A DNA stretch of 64,000 bases from contig JAISYQ010000004.1 in NCBI GenBank assembly GCA_031269775.1, forward strand, positions 4,102 through 68,101, written 5' to 3'. Position numbers and translations under genes: made by a program. The notes beneath the pieces were generated by a model. The model did no database searches and was not told the origin of the DNA. It saw only the letters and a program-made list of their open reading frames with translations. Of this stretch, positions 38,574 to 48,146 are shown one piece after another. Each line of letters starts with the position of its first letter. Within the stretch, counting starts at the first letter, position 1. The DNA comes from Streptococcaceae bacterium. GTDB taxonomy: Bacteria; Bacillota; Bacilli; Lactobacillales; Streptococcaceae.

Positions 38574-40154
38574 CTACAATCTATAAACACGAAAAGCCAC
38601 ACCCCAGTCATGCCAGCCATGTGCGCGTAAATGATCCCGCTCACCACTATTGGACGTTAAAATAAAATCATAATTATGAGGGTTATAAAGACGATATATT
38701 TCGGCGCCGTCGATAGAAGCATTGAAACCTACACCTTCATGAATCCAACCACCACCCCAATTGCCAACTTCAGCCGTATTTACAACAAAACGATGAGCGT
38801 ATGCAGAATGGCGAAACCTATGAACTTCCTGCAGATGCCAGCCACCAGCAAAGAAGGCGCGGTGCTCGATATGGTAGCCAAAGCGTGCTTCATTGGCGTT
38901 AGTTGTAAATAGATGCCAACGGCCATTAAACATGCGATGGACTTCCCATAATTGGGGTTCTGATGGTCGCGATGGTATTACAATTTTTGGACGGTTAGCT
39001 TCAGCTTCATTTATTTCTCTTTGTATTTGTGCTTGTCGTTCAGCTTCTTTTTGTTTTTCGATTCGCTCGTTTTCTAATCTCTGACGTTCGGCTTCTTCTC
39101 TTTGCTGTCTGATTCGCTCGTCTTCTAATTTTTTACGTTCCATCTCTTCTCTTAGTTGCCTGATTCGTTCTTCTTCTAATCTTTGTGCCATTGTTGGAGG
39201 AGAAACTACTATCTGTGTTGGATTAGAGTAAGCAATCGATACTGCCCCATCAGACGTAGCAGTAATGGTGACACTGGGATTCATGCTAAAAGCGACGTTC
39301 CCTGCACTTGTATCTCCTAGCACTCTACTAAATTGATATAAAGCATCGTTTTGCATCTTAGTTATGATATTAAAGCTCGCATGAGCAGTGGCTAAAGTTG
39401 CATGCAAGGTGCGTGGATCAACCATCTGCATCTGTGGTATGCTAAAAGTTGAAGCTGGCACTACTTCTCTTCCCGTATTTGAAGAAGTGAAAATTCCGCG
39501 CTTATCCAAATTTACACTCAGTAAAGTAGAAAAGCCTGAGAATGGACTATCAGCTAACTTTACAGCCGCAACATCAGGATAGGGACTTGGATCGCCCTCA
39601 AGCCAAAAAGTACCCCCTCCGCCCAGTTCATCAGGACGAATCCAACCTCTTTGCAGCAAATCGGCATGACAATGCTGAAAAACATTTGTAAAGCCGCTGG
39701 CCAAAAGCTGATTACGAAAAGCCGCGACGTTTGGCGTAGGATCAATCCGATCGACAACAAGAGCAGGATCACTTAAAACATTCACCACTGGTGTATCAGG
39801 GGCAAGGTTCAAAGAGCGAATCTGAGCAACTAACTCAGTAGCTTCAGCAATTGCTTCATCAGGTGATTGAGCAGTGCTTACGAAAGATACTGCAAGTTTT
39901 AAGCAGGCTGCTCTTACCCCAGCGACTTGTTGCGGAGCAAAAGGATTAACTCCTGCATCAATTGCTTTTTTTCCTTTAGCTAACTGCACTACCATACCAT
40001 CTATCCCATGATTTTGCAAGATTTTAAAATTCTCCTGCGTAAGAGCACCGTGATCCTTAGTAACCTCGACAAAAGCTCCGTTACCTAAAGCTTTATCAGG
40101 AAAAATAAAGATGGTTAAAACGGTTAAAAATAATAAATAAAACTTTCTTTTCAT
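38574..40154 (-). CDS. Secreted multidomain protein: glycoside-hydrolase-like (GH25-like?) N-domain, Arg/Glu coiled-coil repeats, C-terminal wall-binding-type repeats
   Basis: Signal peptide MKRKFYLLFLTVLTIFIFPDKALG. N-domain ...FKILQNHGIDGMVVQLAKGK... Repeats LE(E/D)ERIRQ(L/Q)REE... C-terminal ...IYRLYNPHNYDFILT..GWHDWG. Visibly more G+C-rich than flanking DNA. Confidence 0.55.
   Translation of the reverse strand: MKRKFYLLFLTVLTIFIFPDKALGNGAFVEVTKDHGALTQENFKILQNHGIDGMVVQLAKGKKAIDAGVNPFAPQQVAGVRAACLKLAVSFVSTAQSPDEAIAEATELVAQIRSLNLAPDTPVVNVLSDPALVVDRIDPTPNVAAFRNQLLASGFTNVFQHCHADLLQRGWIRPDELGGGGTFWLEGDPSPYPDVAAVKLADSPFSGFSTLLSVNLDKRGIFTSSNTGREVVPASTFSIPQMQMVDPRTLHATLATAHASFNIITKMQNDALYQFSRVLGDTSAGNVAFSMNPSVTITATSDGAVSIAYSNPTQIVVSPPTMAQRLEEERIRQLREEMERKKLEDERIRQQREEAERQRLENERIEKQKEAERQAQIQREINEAEANRPKIVIPSRPSEPQLWEVHRMFNGRWHLFTTNANEARFGYHIEHRAFFAGGWHLQEVHRFRHSAYAHRFVVNTAEVGNWGGGWIHEGVGFNASIDGAEIYRLYNPHNYDFILTSNSGERDHLRAHGWHDWGVAFRVYRL
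39060..39190. repeat. 51-bp tandem repeat (about 2.5 units) inside the CDS
   Basis: Units start at 39060, 39111 and 39162 (GATTCGCTCGT(T/C)TTCTAAT...). They encode 17-aa Arg/Glu-rich heptad-like units. Confidence 0.7.
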
Positions 40155-40280
40155 TGCATATTACCTCCTTTTAAAAACTTTAAATATAACCAATTATGTG
40201 CGTTTCTTTCGCATTGGGCAATTGCACTCTAATCTACAAAATCCTCTTCAAAACGATAAGAAAACACTTTTATAAATTAT

Positions 40281-40335
40281 ATGGTACTTTAGAATCTTTT
40301 CTCTGTCAACAAAAAAAAAGTTAAAATTTGCGCAT
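40281..40335 (-). promoter_or_regulatory. Candidate promoter with upstream ATGCGCAAAT motif (twin of 14771..14825)
   Basis: On the minus strand: ATGCGCAAAT (40335-40326), N16, TTGACA (40309-40304), N17, TACCAT (40286-40281). Lies about 125 nt upstream of ATG 40154. Confidence 0.35.
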
Positions 40336-40498
40336 TTTATCGTTGCAGACAAAAAAGAATTACAACTAGAGAAAATTTTGGCTAATACAAAAATGAGTTA
40401 ATTTTACAATAACTTTTGAGAAAATTATGAAATGCTCAAAATGTTGATGTTATCAAAATTATGGAAATTTTTAAAAAAATTTACTGTCAAAGTCAAAT

Positions 40499-41371
40499 TT
40501 AATCACTTCTTTCACCTATTTTGTATCCCAAATACTTCATTACATTTATTGCAAGAAATTTTGGAATTTTTAGGATATTTCCTGATTTAAGATAGTATTT
40601 TATTTCATTAATAACATATTTGATCCCTTCACTTTCATTGGTCCCAAAAGGAGCTAATAATTCTTTATATTCTTTATTAAAGCGACCTGCTGCTTTAAAA
40701 CGTCGGTACTCTTCGAAAAGAGAAAAGCTGTGTTGATGGTAGACAATAGCTTTGGACGTGTAACCTACAGTATAATCGTTTAAAATAGCTTTTGCTGCCA
40801 TATATTGATCTTCTGCAAAACAAATTGTCTTTGGAAAACTTCCCAATTTTTGGACAATTTTGACATTGTACACGACAAAAGCATCTGATTGAAAAATAGT
40901 TTTAATTCCAAGCTTGTTAATCGAATTCTTTGATTTCACCATATCTTGATCAGGGTAGTTAAACTTACGCGAACGTGCTTCATAAAGTGTGCCGATCTTT
41001 TCTTCTACCAGTTGCCTACCATATGCCGAGGCCATTTTTTTATGAGTATCAATAAATTCAACCAATTTTAAAAATGCATTATCAAAAGGTTTAATATCTT
41101 GTGTTACCATAACTATATAATCACAAATACTAAGTTCTTCTAAAGCATGCCTTCGCACACGGCCATGAGTAAAATTTTCTCGTTTAATGGTTTGCACTCT
41201 AAAATTTGCATCATACAGAAGATGAACAGTATTATCAGTGGAATTACTATCAATGGCAAGTTTTTGATCAAATAAATCTGCTGAATTTTTTATCTGCTCA
41301 AGCAAATATTTTATTTCTTTTTCACCATTAAATGTTGGGATAAATAAACCAATTTTTTTTCCGCTATACAT
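40499..41371 (-). CDS. Glycosyltransferase family 2
   Basis: KIGLFIPTFNGEKEIKYLLEQI N-terminus, ...IDSNSTD... and ...VTQDIKP... Confidence 0.75.
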   Translation of the reverse strand: MYSGKKIGLFIPTFNGEKEIKYLLEQIKNSADLFDQKLAIDSNSTDNTVHLLYDANFRVQTIKRENFTHGRVRRHALEELSICDYIVMVTQDIKPFDNAFLKLVEFIDTHKKMASAYGRQLVEEKIGTLYEARSRKFNYPDQDMVKSKNSINKLGIKTIFQSDAFVVYNVKIVQKLGSFPKTICFAEDQYMAAKAILNDYTVGYTSKAIVYHQHSFSLFEEYRRFKAAGRFNKEYKELLAPFGTNESEGIKYVINEIKYYLKSGNILKIPKFLAINVMKYLGYKIGERSD

Positions 41372-41394
41372 AATCTTATCCTTTTAGAACCTGT

Positions 41395-42627
41395 TTAATA
41401 CGCCCCATCTTTTTCTAAAATTTTTAAAAAAGCATGATAAATAATTACGATATCAAATTTCAATGATCGTTTTGCCAAATAACTTAGTTCCATATCAACT
41501 CGCTTAGGATAAGTAATATTGCTTCTGCCGCTAACACCCCATATGCCAGCAATTCCAGGTTTCATCGAAAAAAAAATTTCAGACTTATCTCCATATTCTT
41601 TAATTTCTTCTGTAATAATTGGTCTTGGTCCCACCATACTCATATCTCCTCTTATTATATTAATAAACTGAGGAAATTCATCGATACTTGTTCTGCGTAA
41701 AAAAAGTCCTAATCTAGTGATACGTGGATCTTCAATTGGTGATAATTTGTAGTTATTATTTATATATTTTTGATAAAGTTTAGGATTTGCTTTTAAAATT
41801 TCTTCAGCATTTATTCTCATCGAACGAAATTTATAAATGGAAAAAAACGTTCCGTCTATTCCAAAACGGCGTTGCTTAAATAAAAGCGGTCCTTTGTTCT
41901 CTCCAAAAGAATACGGAATAATTAATAATAGATAAATAATAAAAAAAACAATTAAGCCAATACTTCCTAAAATTAAATCAACAGCACGTTTCCCTAAAAA
42001 ATATAAAGGTGTAACATGCTTAACAAATACTTGTTGCTGCTGAAAAAGTTTTTTCGTTTTTTCAGGATTAAAACGAAGATTATAAACTTCAAGCACAGCA
42101 GCAACAAAATAACCTAAAAGTGCCCCAAAAAACATGCTCAGTGCGGTAATTCTTTTCCAAGCAGAAGGAATAATTCTTATTTCATTAGCTTCTTTTACTT
42201 GAACATCACCAATTTTACTTTGTACAACTTTTGCAATAGCTCGTGTTAATTTGCTTGTTTCTCTGCGACTTTGTGTTTGCAATAAAATATTTGCATAATC
42301 TTCTTTTGGAACTTTTTCCACCACTAAGCGATGTTTAACATTATCAATTGCTTTAGAGGTTACTTTTTTTTTCATATTTTTAAGCACTTTGGCAATCCAT
42401 TCATTTTTTTCTAATAAATTATAACGAATTTCATTAATTTGGCGGATTATTTCTTCTGTAGATTTGCTCTGAAAAATAATTGGCGAATACGAACGGTACT
42501 CTTCACTAACAAGTACTTTAGAATAAAGAAGACTTGAGCCACTCATCATAATCATAACTAAAAAAATGAGAAAAAAATGTTTTTTAATAAGCTTTAAAAG
42601 TTCACTTAAACAAAAAGTAATAATCAT
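41395..42627 (-). CDS. Fusion protein: Wzz/CpsC-like co-polymerase N-domain plus undecaprenyl-phosphate sugar phosphotransferase (small PGT) C-domain
   Basis: Residues 1 to ~185 have TM1 (FFLIFLVMIMMSG), an extracytoplasmic segment and TM2 (ITALSMFFGALLGYFVAAVL). Residues ~210-410 carry KRAVDLILGSIGLIVF...PLLFKQRRFG..G..F.IYKFRSM...DEFPQFINIIRGDMSMVGPRP, the bacterial sugar transferase signature. Confidence 0.7.
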   Translation of the reverse strand: MIITFCLSELLKLIKKHFFLIFLVMIMMSGSSLLYSKVLVSEEYRSYSPIIFQSKSTEEIIRQINEIRYNLLEKNEWIAKVLKNMKKKVTSKAIDNVKHRLVVEKVPKEDYANILLQTQSRRETSKLTRAIAKVVQSKIGDVQVKEANEIRIIPSAWKRITALSMFFGALLGYFVAAVLEVYNLRFNPEKTKKLFQQQQVFVKHVTPLYFLGKRAVDLILGSIGLIVFFIIYLLLIIPYSFGENKGPLLFKQRRFGIDGTFFSIYKFRSMRINAEEILKANPKLYQKYINNNYKLSPIEDPRITRLGLFLRRTSIDEFPQFINIIRGDMSMVGPRPIITEEIKEYGDKSEIFFSMKPGIAGIWGVSGRSNITYPKRVDMELSYLAKRSLKFDIVIIYHAFLKILEKDGAY

Positions 42628-42723
42628 AACTATAAGAAGTTAAGACAATTTCTTAAATCAAAGTCATTTGTTTTATTTAAGGCTTAAATAATTGTCTTGT
42701 TTTCTTTATTCATCTCCTTAATT

Positions 42724-44145
42724 TTATTCTTTTAATGGAGCAAGAATATCCAATTGTTGTTTTAACAGATCCTTTGTTACAAGTACAAAAAAAGCAACCA
42801 TAACATAACTTAATCCGCGCCAATCAAACAATAAAAAGCTTGCAGGAATTAAAAAGATTAAGCCAAAAAAGAATAAATCGTCTACTGTTTGATAAAGAGT
42901 AATTTTTTCCTGATTTAACTTTGCTTCTTGCATACGATCAATTAAGATCGTAAAATCAAGCTTTGCCCGTATAATATAAAATAATATAGGAAGTATCACA
43001 ATTAAACCAAATTGTGAAAACCAAGCTAAAACTGTATTTAATGCTGGCATTTGATTATTTGCTAAATAAATTTGAATATTTGTGATGGAATTACTATATT
43101 TTTCTGGTGCTAAAACAATTGCATAAGGACTAGAAAAATCATAGCCAACACCAATTAAAGGATGATGTAAAAATACACGAAATAAAGCAATCGCTGATGC
43201 TGTACGATTAGCTTCTCCTAAGTCAATTGTTGCATTGGGGAAAACATAAATTAAAGCAACACCTAAGCCGATCAAACTTGTAACAATAGCCCCTTCCTTA
43301 TAAAAAAAATGTGGTCTGTTTTTTTTTTTGATAATGATAATGGGAATTGCAAAAATAATACTTAAGCCGCCAAAAACTAAGCTAGCTAAGGTTTGAATAG
43401 CGAACATTAATAAAATAACTAACCCCAATAAAGTAAGATACATTATTCTACTTTTATTTTTGTTTTTCACTAAAAGAAAATCATTTTTTAAAGCTGCTAG
43501 TAAAAAAGATACGACAATAATTGCTAAGCGAATTGCTACGTCTCGTCCTTCAGGATCCAGTCCATTCGGACGAGCAAACTGTTTAAGATAGTCTACAGTG
43601 GAAGTTAAATAATTGGGATTAATCGACTCACTATAACTACCTTGTGCAAAATTACAGCCAATAAATTCAATTACAGATTTAAGCCATCCCGTTTGAATAA
43701 AAATAAACTGAATTACTAATAAAATTGACAAAATAGCTCCATAAAAAAAGAAGCCTTTTAAAAATTTATTAATCTTAACATCTTGATCTAAACTGTTTTT
43801 CAATACTAAATAAACAATTAAAAAGTAAAAAATTAAAAAAATAAATTGAAAATATTTCTCAAAAACACCTATCCCAGTTAAAGGAAATGTTAAAATAGTT
43901 CTTATGGTTGCAAATCCTTGTGAAATTAACACAATTAATAAAAAAAGCAAAATGCCACTAGTAATAGATAAATTAAAATTGCGTTTTTGTTTTATTAGTA
44001 AATAAATAAAGTAAATGCTAAGAATTACAGTGGGGATTGTTTGAAAATAATCAGGTAAAAATTTTATTACATGTTTACCAAATAATGAAATCGGTAGTAG
44101 TAATATCTCCATAACTTTGACCTGCTCTCTAAAAATCTTTTTCAA
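42724..44145 (-). CDS. O-antigen ligase/polymerase-like (Wzy family) membrane protein
   Basis: 473 aa with at least 10 TM helices and a large loop. Located at the head of the PGT/GT2 cluster. Confidence 0.55.
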   Translation of the reverse strand: MKKIFREQVKVMEILLLPISLFGKHVIKFLPDYFQTIPTVILSIYFIYLLIKQKRNFNLSITSGILLFLLIVLISQGFATIRTILTFPLTGIGVFEKYFQFIFLIFYFLIVYLVLKNSLDQDVKINKFLKGFFFYGAILSILLVIQFIFIQTGWLKSVIEFIGCNFAQGSYSESINPNYLTSTVDYLKQFARPNGLDPEGRDVAIRLAIIVVSFLLAALKNDFLLVKNKNKSRIMYLTLLGLVILLMFAIQTLASLVFGGLSIIFAIPIIIIKKKNRPHFFYKEGAIVTSLIGLGVALIYVFPNATIDLGEANRTASAIALFRVFLHHPLIGVGYDFSSPYAIVLAPEKYSNSITNIQIYLANNQMPALNTVLAWFSQFGLIVILPILFYIIRAKLDFTILIDRMQEAKLNQEKITLYQTVDDLFFFGLIFLIPASFLLFDWRGLSYVMVAFFVLVTKDLLKQQLDILAPLKE

Positions 44146-44302
44146 ATGATATATTTATAAATATTTTACAAAAAAATAACATATTGAGAAGAAAGTGCGT
44201 TAATACTATACGTCAATATGCTATACTTTCATAAATAATACGAATAATGAACCGTGTAACTAAAATTTAAGGAGGAGAATATCATCAATAGGATCACACA
44301 TC

Positions 44303-44941
44303 TTAATTTTTAGTTTGCCCGAATTTACACATTTTTAGTAAAGAACATTTTATGCATTTGGGCTTTTTTGCTGTGCAGTGGTAGCGTCCAAAGAAAATCA
44401 TTGTATGATGTGCTTTAATCCAAAGATTTTTTGGGATATTTTTCATAAGCATCTCTTCTACTTCTAACGCACTAGCGCTTTGCTTTACAATTTGTAAGCG
44501 CTTAGCAATTCTTTCAACATGTGTATCAACAGCAATTCTGAAAATACCAAATGCATCTGCTAAAACTACGTTTGCTGTTTTTCTTCCAACACCTGGTAAT
44601 TTCATAAGATCTGAATGAGAATGTGGCACTTCTTCATTAAATTCATTTACTAACATCTGCGAAGAGGCAACAATATTTTTTGCTTTATTACGATATAAGC
44701 CAATTGCTCTGATTTTTTCCATGATATCTGAAATATTAGCATTTGCCAAAGCATCTGGTGTAGGATAATCAGCAAAAAGTAAAGGAGTCACTTTGTTAAC
44801 AGCTACATCAGTTGTTTGTGCACTTAAAATAACAGCAATTAATAATTCAAAAGGATTATTAGCATTTAGCTCTTTTTTGGCATTTGGAAATAAATTGGCC
44901 ATTTCACTTAAAGCTTGTATGGTTCTTTTTTTTGATAACAT
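44303..44941 (-). CDS. nth: Endonuclease III
   Basis: HhH-GPD motif ...LMKLPGVGRKTANVVL... C-terminal 4Fe-4S cluster C..KKPKC..C...C. ATG 44941 has an AAGGA SD. Confidence 0.9.
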   Translation of the reverse strand: MLSKKRTIQALSEMANLFPNAKKELNANNPFELLIAVILSAQTTDVAVNKVTPLLFADYPTPDALANANISDIMEKIRAIGLYRNKAKNIVASSQMLVNEFNEEVPHSHSDLMKLPGVGRKTANVVLADAFGIFRIAVDTHVERIAKRLQIVKQSASALEVEEMLMKNIPKNLWIKAHHTMIFFGRYHCTAKKPKCIKCSLLKMCKFGQTKN

Positions 44942-44952
44942 TTTTATTCCTT

Positions 44953-45660
44953 CTATAACCATTTTTCAATTGTTACTTTCGGCTGATTTTTAGCACGTTT
45001 ATGTGCTTCTTTTTGATCAATTTCTTTTTGCAAAAGTTGTTTTTTTCGATGTTCTTGTTCTTTGATTACATCGGTTTTCGTGCGAATATTTTTCCCTTCC
45101 CATGTTAAAAGAATGCGATCGATATAATTAAAGCTATAGGCATTTGCTAGCACTGCTTCGGTTAGTGCTAGTTGAATAATTTCTGGGTTATATTTATCTT
45201 GATCTAACCACATACAAAGTCTCTCGATCTCAATAGGTGTTAGAACTCTACCAAACTCTTGTTGAAATTGTAGATTTAATTCGGCAATACCAATCTTTTT
45301 GACTGATTTTGCAGAATGCTCTTTTTTTTCAATAATGCAAACTTTTTCTAAATGATCAAATAAAAGATATGGATCGTAAAAATCAATTAGTTTACCGTTT
45401 TGCTTTTTTTTTGATTTTAAAGCTAGTAATTCTTTTTGAATTAAACAAGTAATAATTTTTGATATTTGCGTTGTTGATTGATTAGTTAGTTTTGCTAAAC
45501 ATTGCATGCTTGGAAATAAATTACCTGTTTTGTGAAAGCGATAAATTTGCAGCCATAATAAAAATTCACCGGCCTTTATTTCTAATTTTCCTAGATATTC
45601 AAAAAGGTAAACAGGAAGGACTATAAATGTTTCTTCCATTTGTGCTCGTAAAGATTTCAT
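44953..45660 (-). CDS. dnaD: DNA replication protein DnaD
   Basis: DnaD-domain pattern (...FQQEFGRVLTPIEIERLCMWLD...IIQLALTEAV...). Conserved dnaD-nth adjacency. ATG 45660 has a GAAAGG SD. Confidence 0.8.
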   Translation of the reverse strand: MKSLRAQMEETFIVLPVYLFEYLGKLEIKAGEFLLWLQIYRFHKTGNLFPSMQCLAKLTNQSTTQISKIITCLIQKELLALKSKKKQNGKLIDFYDPYLLFDHLEKVCIIEKKEHSAKSVKKIGIAELNLQFQQEFGRVLTPIEIERLCMWLDQDKYNPEIIQLALTEAVLANAYSFNYIDRILLTWEGKNIRTKTDVIKEQEHRKKQLLQKEIDQKEAHKRAKNQPKVTIEKWL

Positions 45661-45779
45661 TCTAACACCTTTCTTAAAGATCATAAACAATTTATTACAT
45701 AATTAATCTGTGTTTTTAATTTTAGCACAAGATTTATCATAAGTTTCATGAGATTTTATTTTCAAATTTTTTACAAATT

Positions 45780-45805
45780 AAAAAAGAGATTGGTTTCCCA
45801 ATCTC
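45780..45805 (-). terminator. Rho-independent terminator after the Fur-family gene
   Basis: GAGATTGG / TTTC / CCAATCTC hairpin, followed on the minus strand by T6. Confidence 0.55.
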
Positions 45806-45824
45806 AGTAAACTGATTTATATTA

Positions 45825-46247
45825 TTATTTACAATCTTCACATAAACCATAAACTTCTAAGCGATGATCTTTTACTTGAAACCCTGTTAAATTTTCTGCT
45901 TTTTGTTCAACATCTGCTAAATCTGAATATTCAAAATTGACGATTTTACTACATTTTTTACAAATAGCATGATAATGCAAAACATCTGTAAAATCAAAAC
46001 GACTTGATGAATCTCCATAATTTAACTCTTGAACAAAACCAATTTCAGTAAATAAGCGTAGATTATTATAAACTGTTGCTACACTCATATTAGGAAACTT
46101 TGTTTCCAATGATTTATAAATATCATCTGCTGTTGGATGAGTTTGATTTTCGATTAAATATTCTAATACTGCATAACGTTGCGGCGTGATTCGAATATTT
46201 GCATCTTTTAACTCTTCAATTGCGTCTTTTACCATTATATGCCCCAT
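45825..46247 (-). CDS. perR: Fur-family metalloregulator (PerR-like)
   Basis: ...TPQRYAVLEYL...HPTADDIY...VATVYNNL..., HYHAICKKC and C-terminal CEDC zinc site. PerR versus Fur/Zur cannot be decided by eye. Confidence 0.7.
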   Translation of the reverse strand: MGHIMVKDAIEELKDANIRITPQRYAVLEYLIENQTHPTADDIYKSLETKFPNMSVATVYNNLRLFTEIGFVQELNYGDSSSRFDFTDVLHYHAICKKCSKIVNFEYSDLADVEQKAENLTGFQVKDHRLEVYGLCEDCK

Positions 46248-46603
46248 AATTAATCCCCTTTATCTCGCCTTAAATTTACTTTTCAAAAAAATTTATTATT
46301 TGTTCATTTTGTAAAAATTAATGAAACATTGTGTTTAGTTAACTTTTTTGAAAAAAATTTTAAGCTATTTTTATATAAATGCTTTTTTAATAAATATAAA
46401 AGCATCTTTAAGTTATATTATATGATAATATCTATAGGCGATTAAATTTACGTAAAAAAATACACATATTTTTTATAACAAATATTTATAAAGGTTAATA
46501 TTATCATAATTTATAAAAATTAAGATAAATTGAAATTTGGAACTTTTAGTAAAAAATTCCCAATTAATTCATTTTATAAAAAAGATTTTTGAAATTTTTT
46601 CAC

Positions 46604-46770
46604 CTAGAGCCTGTTTATGATCTTCTAGCAATGAAGTGACTTTAGCTATTTTTTCACACTTTTTCATTAAAAAGTCTTGATTTAGCACCACTAGGCCTAC
46701 GTTTTTTGCCCTCAAATTGTGAAAAAATAGCTCAAAAATTCATTTCACTAAAAATCAAACAGACTCTATA
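46604..46770. repeat. MITE-like unit with terminal inverted repeats and an internal 15-bp inverted repeat
   Basis: TAGAGCCTGTTT (left) versus AAACAGACTCTA (right): 11 of 12 are complementary. Inner arms are AGCTATTTTTTCACA (46644-46658) and TGTGAAAAAATAGCT (46717-46731). The right end overlaps the brnQ stop codon. Confidence 0.45.
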
Positions 46771-48112
46771 CCTTTTTTTCTTTGCGAAAAGAAAGTAAAA
46801 AGCCAATAGCAAAGCCCACTAAAGAAGGTACAACCCACCCCAACTGTTCAGCAAATAATGGTAAATTTCTTCCTAAATTTAATAATGGGCTCACAAATGA
46901 TGATTTTTTAAGCCCTTCTGGCATGGCATTTAATGCATCAAAAACAGCTGCAATCCCTGCAAATAATGTTGTCCAGACATAAACTGGTTTACGATACCCC
47001 ATAACAGACTCTAATAAAGCAAGTAAGACAAGCGTAATAGCTAATGGATATAAAAACATTAAAACAGGTAAGCTAAGTTTAATAATTTGATCAAGACCCG
47101 CATTGGCAAAAATCATTGGTAGTACGCTAATAACGATAATTGCCCATTTATAAGATACCTTTTTATTAAAATTTATGCTTGCCTCTCCAATAGCAGCTAT
47201 TATACCAACTGCTGTTTTCAATGTCGCAAGAATCACAATTACCGCTAATAACACTAAACCATATACCCCTAGATAGTATTTAGATAACTGTGCTAAAGCA
47301 ATACCACCATTTTTAGAAATTTTAAAATGACCAATCGACATCGCTCCTACAAATGACATAGCCGTATAAATCACAGCCATTAATATCACAGCGATTAAAC
47401 CTGACTTTAAAGTACCCTTTGCAATGTCTTTTGGCTGCTTTAAACCTAAATTTTTAAAAGCTGAAATTACCAAAACCCCAAAAGCTAAACTTCCCAAAAC
47501 ATCTAAAGTATTATATCCGTTAATTAAGCCTTGAGTAAACGCGGCATTCACATAAGTTCCAGAAACATCCCCTTCACTAATAACGCCCAAAGGTTTAACA
47601 AATGCCAAAATTAACAAAAGACTTAAAAAAATTAAGAAGCCCGGATTCAACCATTTTCCAACATATTCCATTAAACGTGAAGGTTTTCTTGCAAATAAAT
47701 AGGCAACGCAAAAAAATAAAATAGAATACAGCGCTAAAAATAAAGTTGATTGCCCCTTTGAAATAAAAGGCGTAATCCCAATTGTAAAAGATGTTGTTGC
47801 GAGCCTTGGTAAAACAAAAAACGGGCCAATCGTTGCATATAATAAAATCGTAAAAATATCCGCATAACGCTTACCAACTCTTGCTGCTAAATCACGAACA
47901 CCGCTAGAATTTGTAACACCCATTGCTAAAGTTCCTAAAAAGGGCAACCCAACGGCTGTAAGCAAAAAACCAGCATTGGCAATTGACGTATTAGCCCCTG
48001 CGTTTTGTCCCATATTTACTGGAAAAATTAAATTGCCAGCTCCAAAGAATAAACCAAATAACATCGAGCCAACAAAAACATAATTTCCAAATGAAAGTTT
48101 TTTTTGATTCAT
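46766..48112 (-). CDS. brnQ: Branched-chain amino acid transport system II carrier
   Basis: ...GSMLFGLFFGAGNLIFP... LIVCS family signature, 12 TM helices. Confidence 0.9.
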   Translation of the reverse strand: MNQKKLSFGNYVFVGSMLFGLFFGAGNLIFPVNMGQNAGANTSIANAGFLLTAVGLPFLGTLAMGVTNSSGVRDLAARVGKRYADIFTILLYATIGPFFVLPRLATTSFTIGITPFISKGQSTLFLALYSILFFCVAYLFARKPSRLMEYVGKWLNPGFLIFLSLLLILAFVKPLGVISEGDVSGTYVNAAFTQGLINGYNTLDVLGSLAFGVLVISAFKNLGLKQPKDIAKGTLKSGLIAVILMAVIYTAMSFVGAMSIGHFKISKNGGIALAQLSKYYLGVYGLVLLAVIVILATLKTAVGIIAAIGEASINFNKKVSYKWAIIVISVLPMIFANAGLDQIIKLSLPVLMFLYPLAITLVLLALLESVMGYRKPVYVWTTLFAGIAAVFDALNAMPEGLKKSSFVSPLLNLGRNLPLFAEQLGWVVPSLVGFAIGFLLSFRKEKKV

Positions 48113-48146
48113 TTTTTCAACTCCTTAAAAAATTGTCTCTTTTTGA

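Noticed and set aside
46420-46530. Fur/PerR-box-like AT-rich inverted repeats (for example TATGATAATATCTATA and TTAATATTATCATAATTTATAA) upstream of the perR-like gene
   Set aside because: There are only partial matches to the 7-1-7 TGATAAT-n-ATTATCA or TTATAAT-n-ATTATAA consensus. Such strings are expected by chance in this AT-rich spacer.
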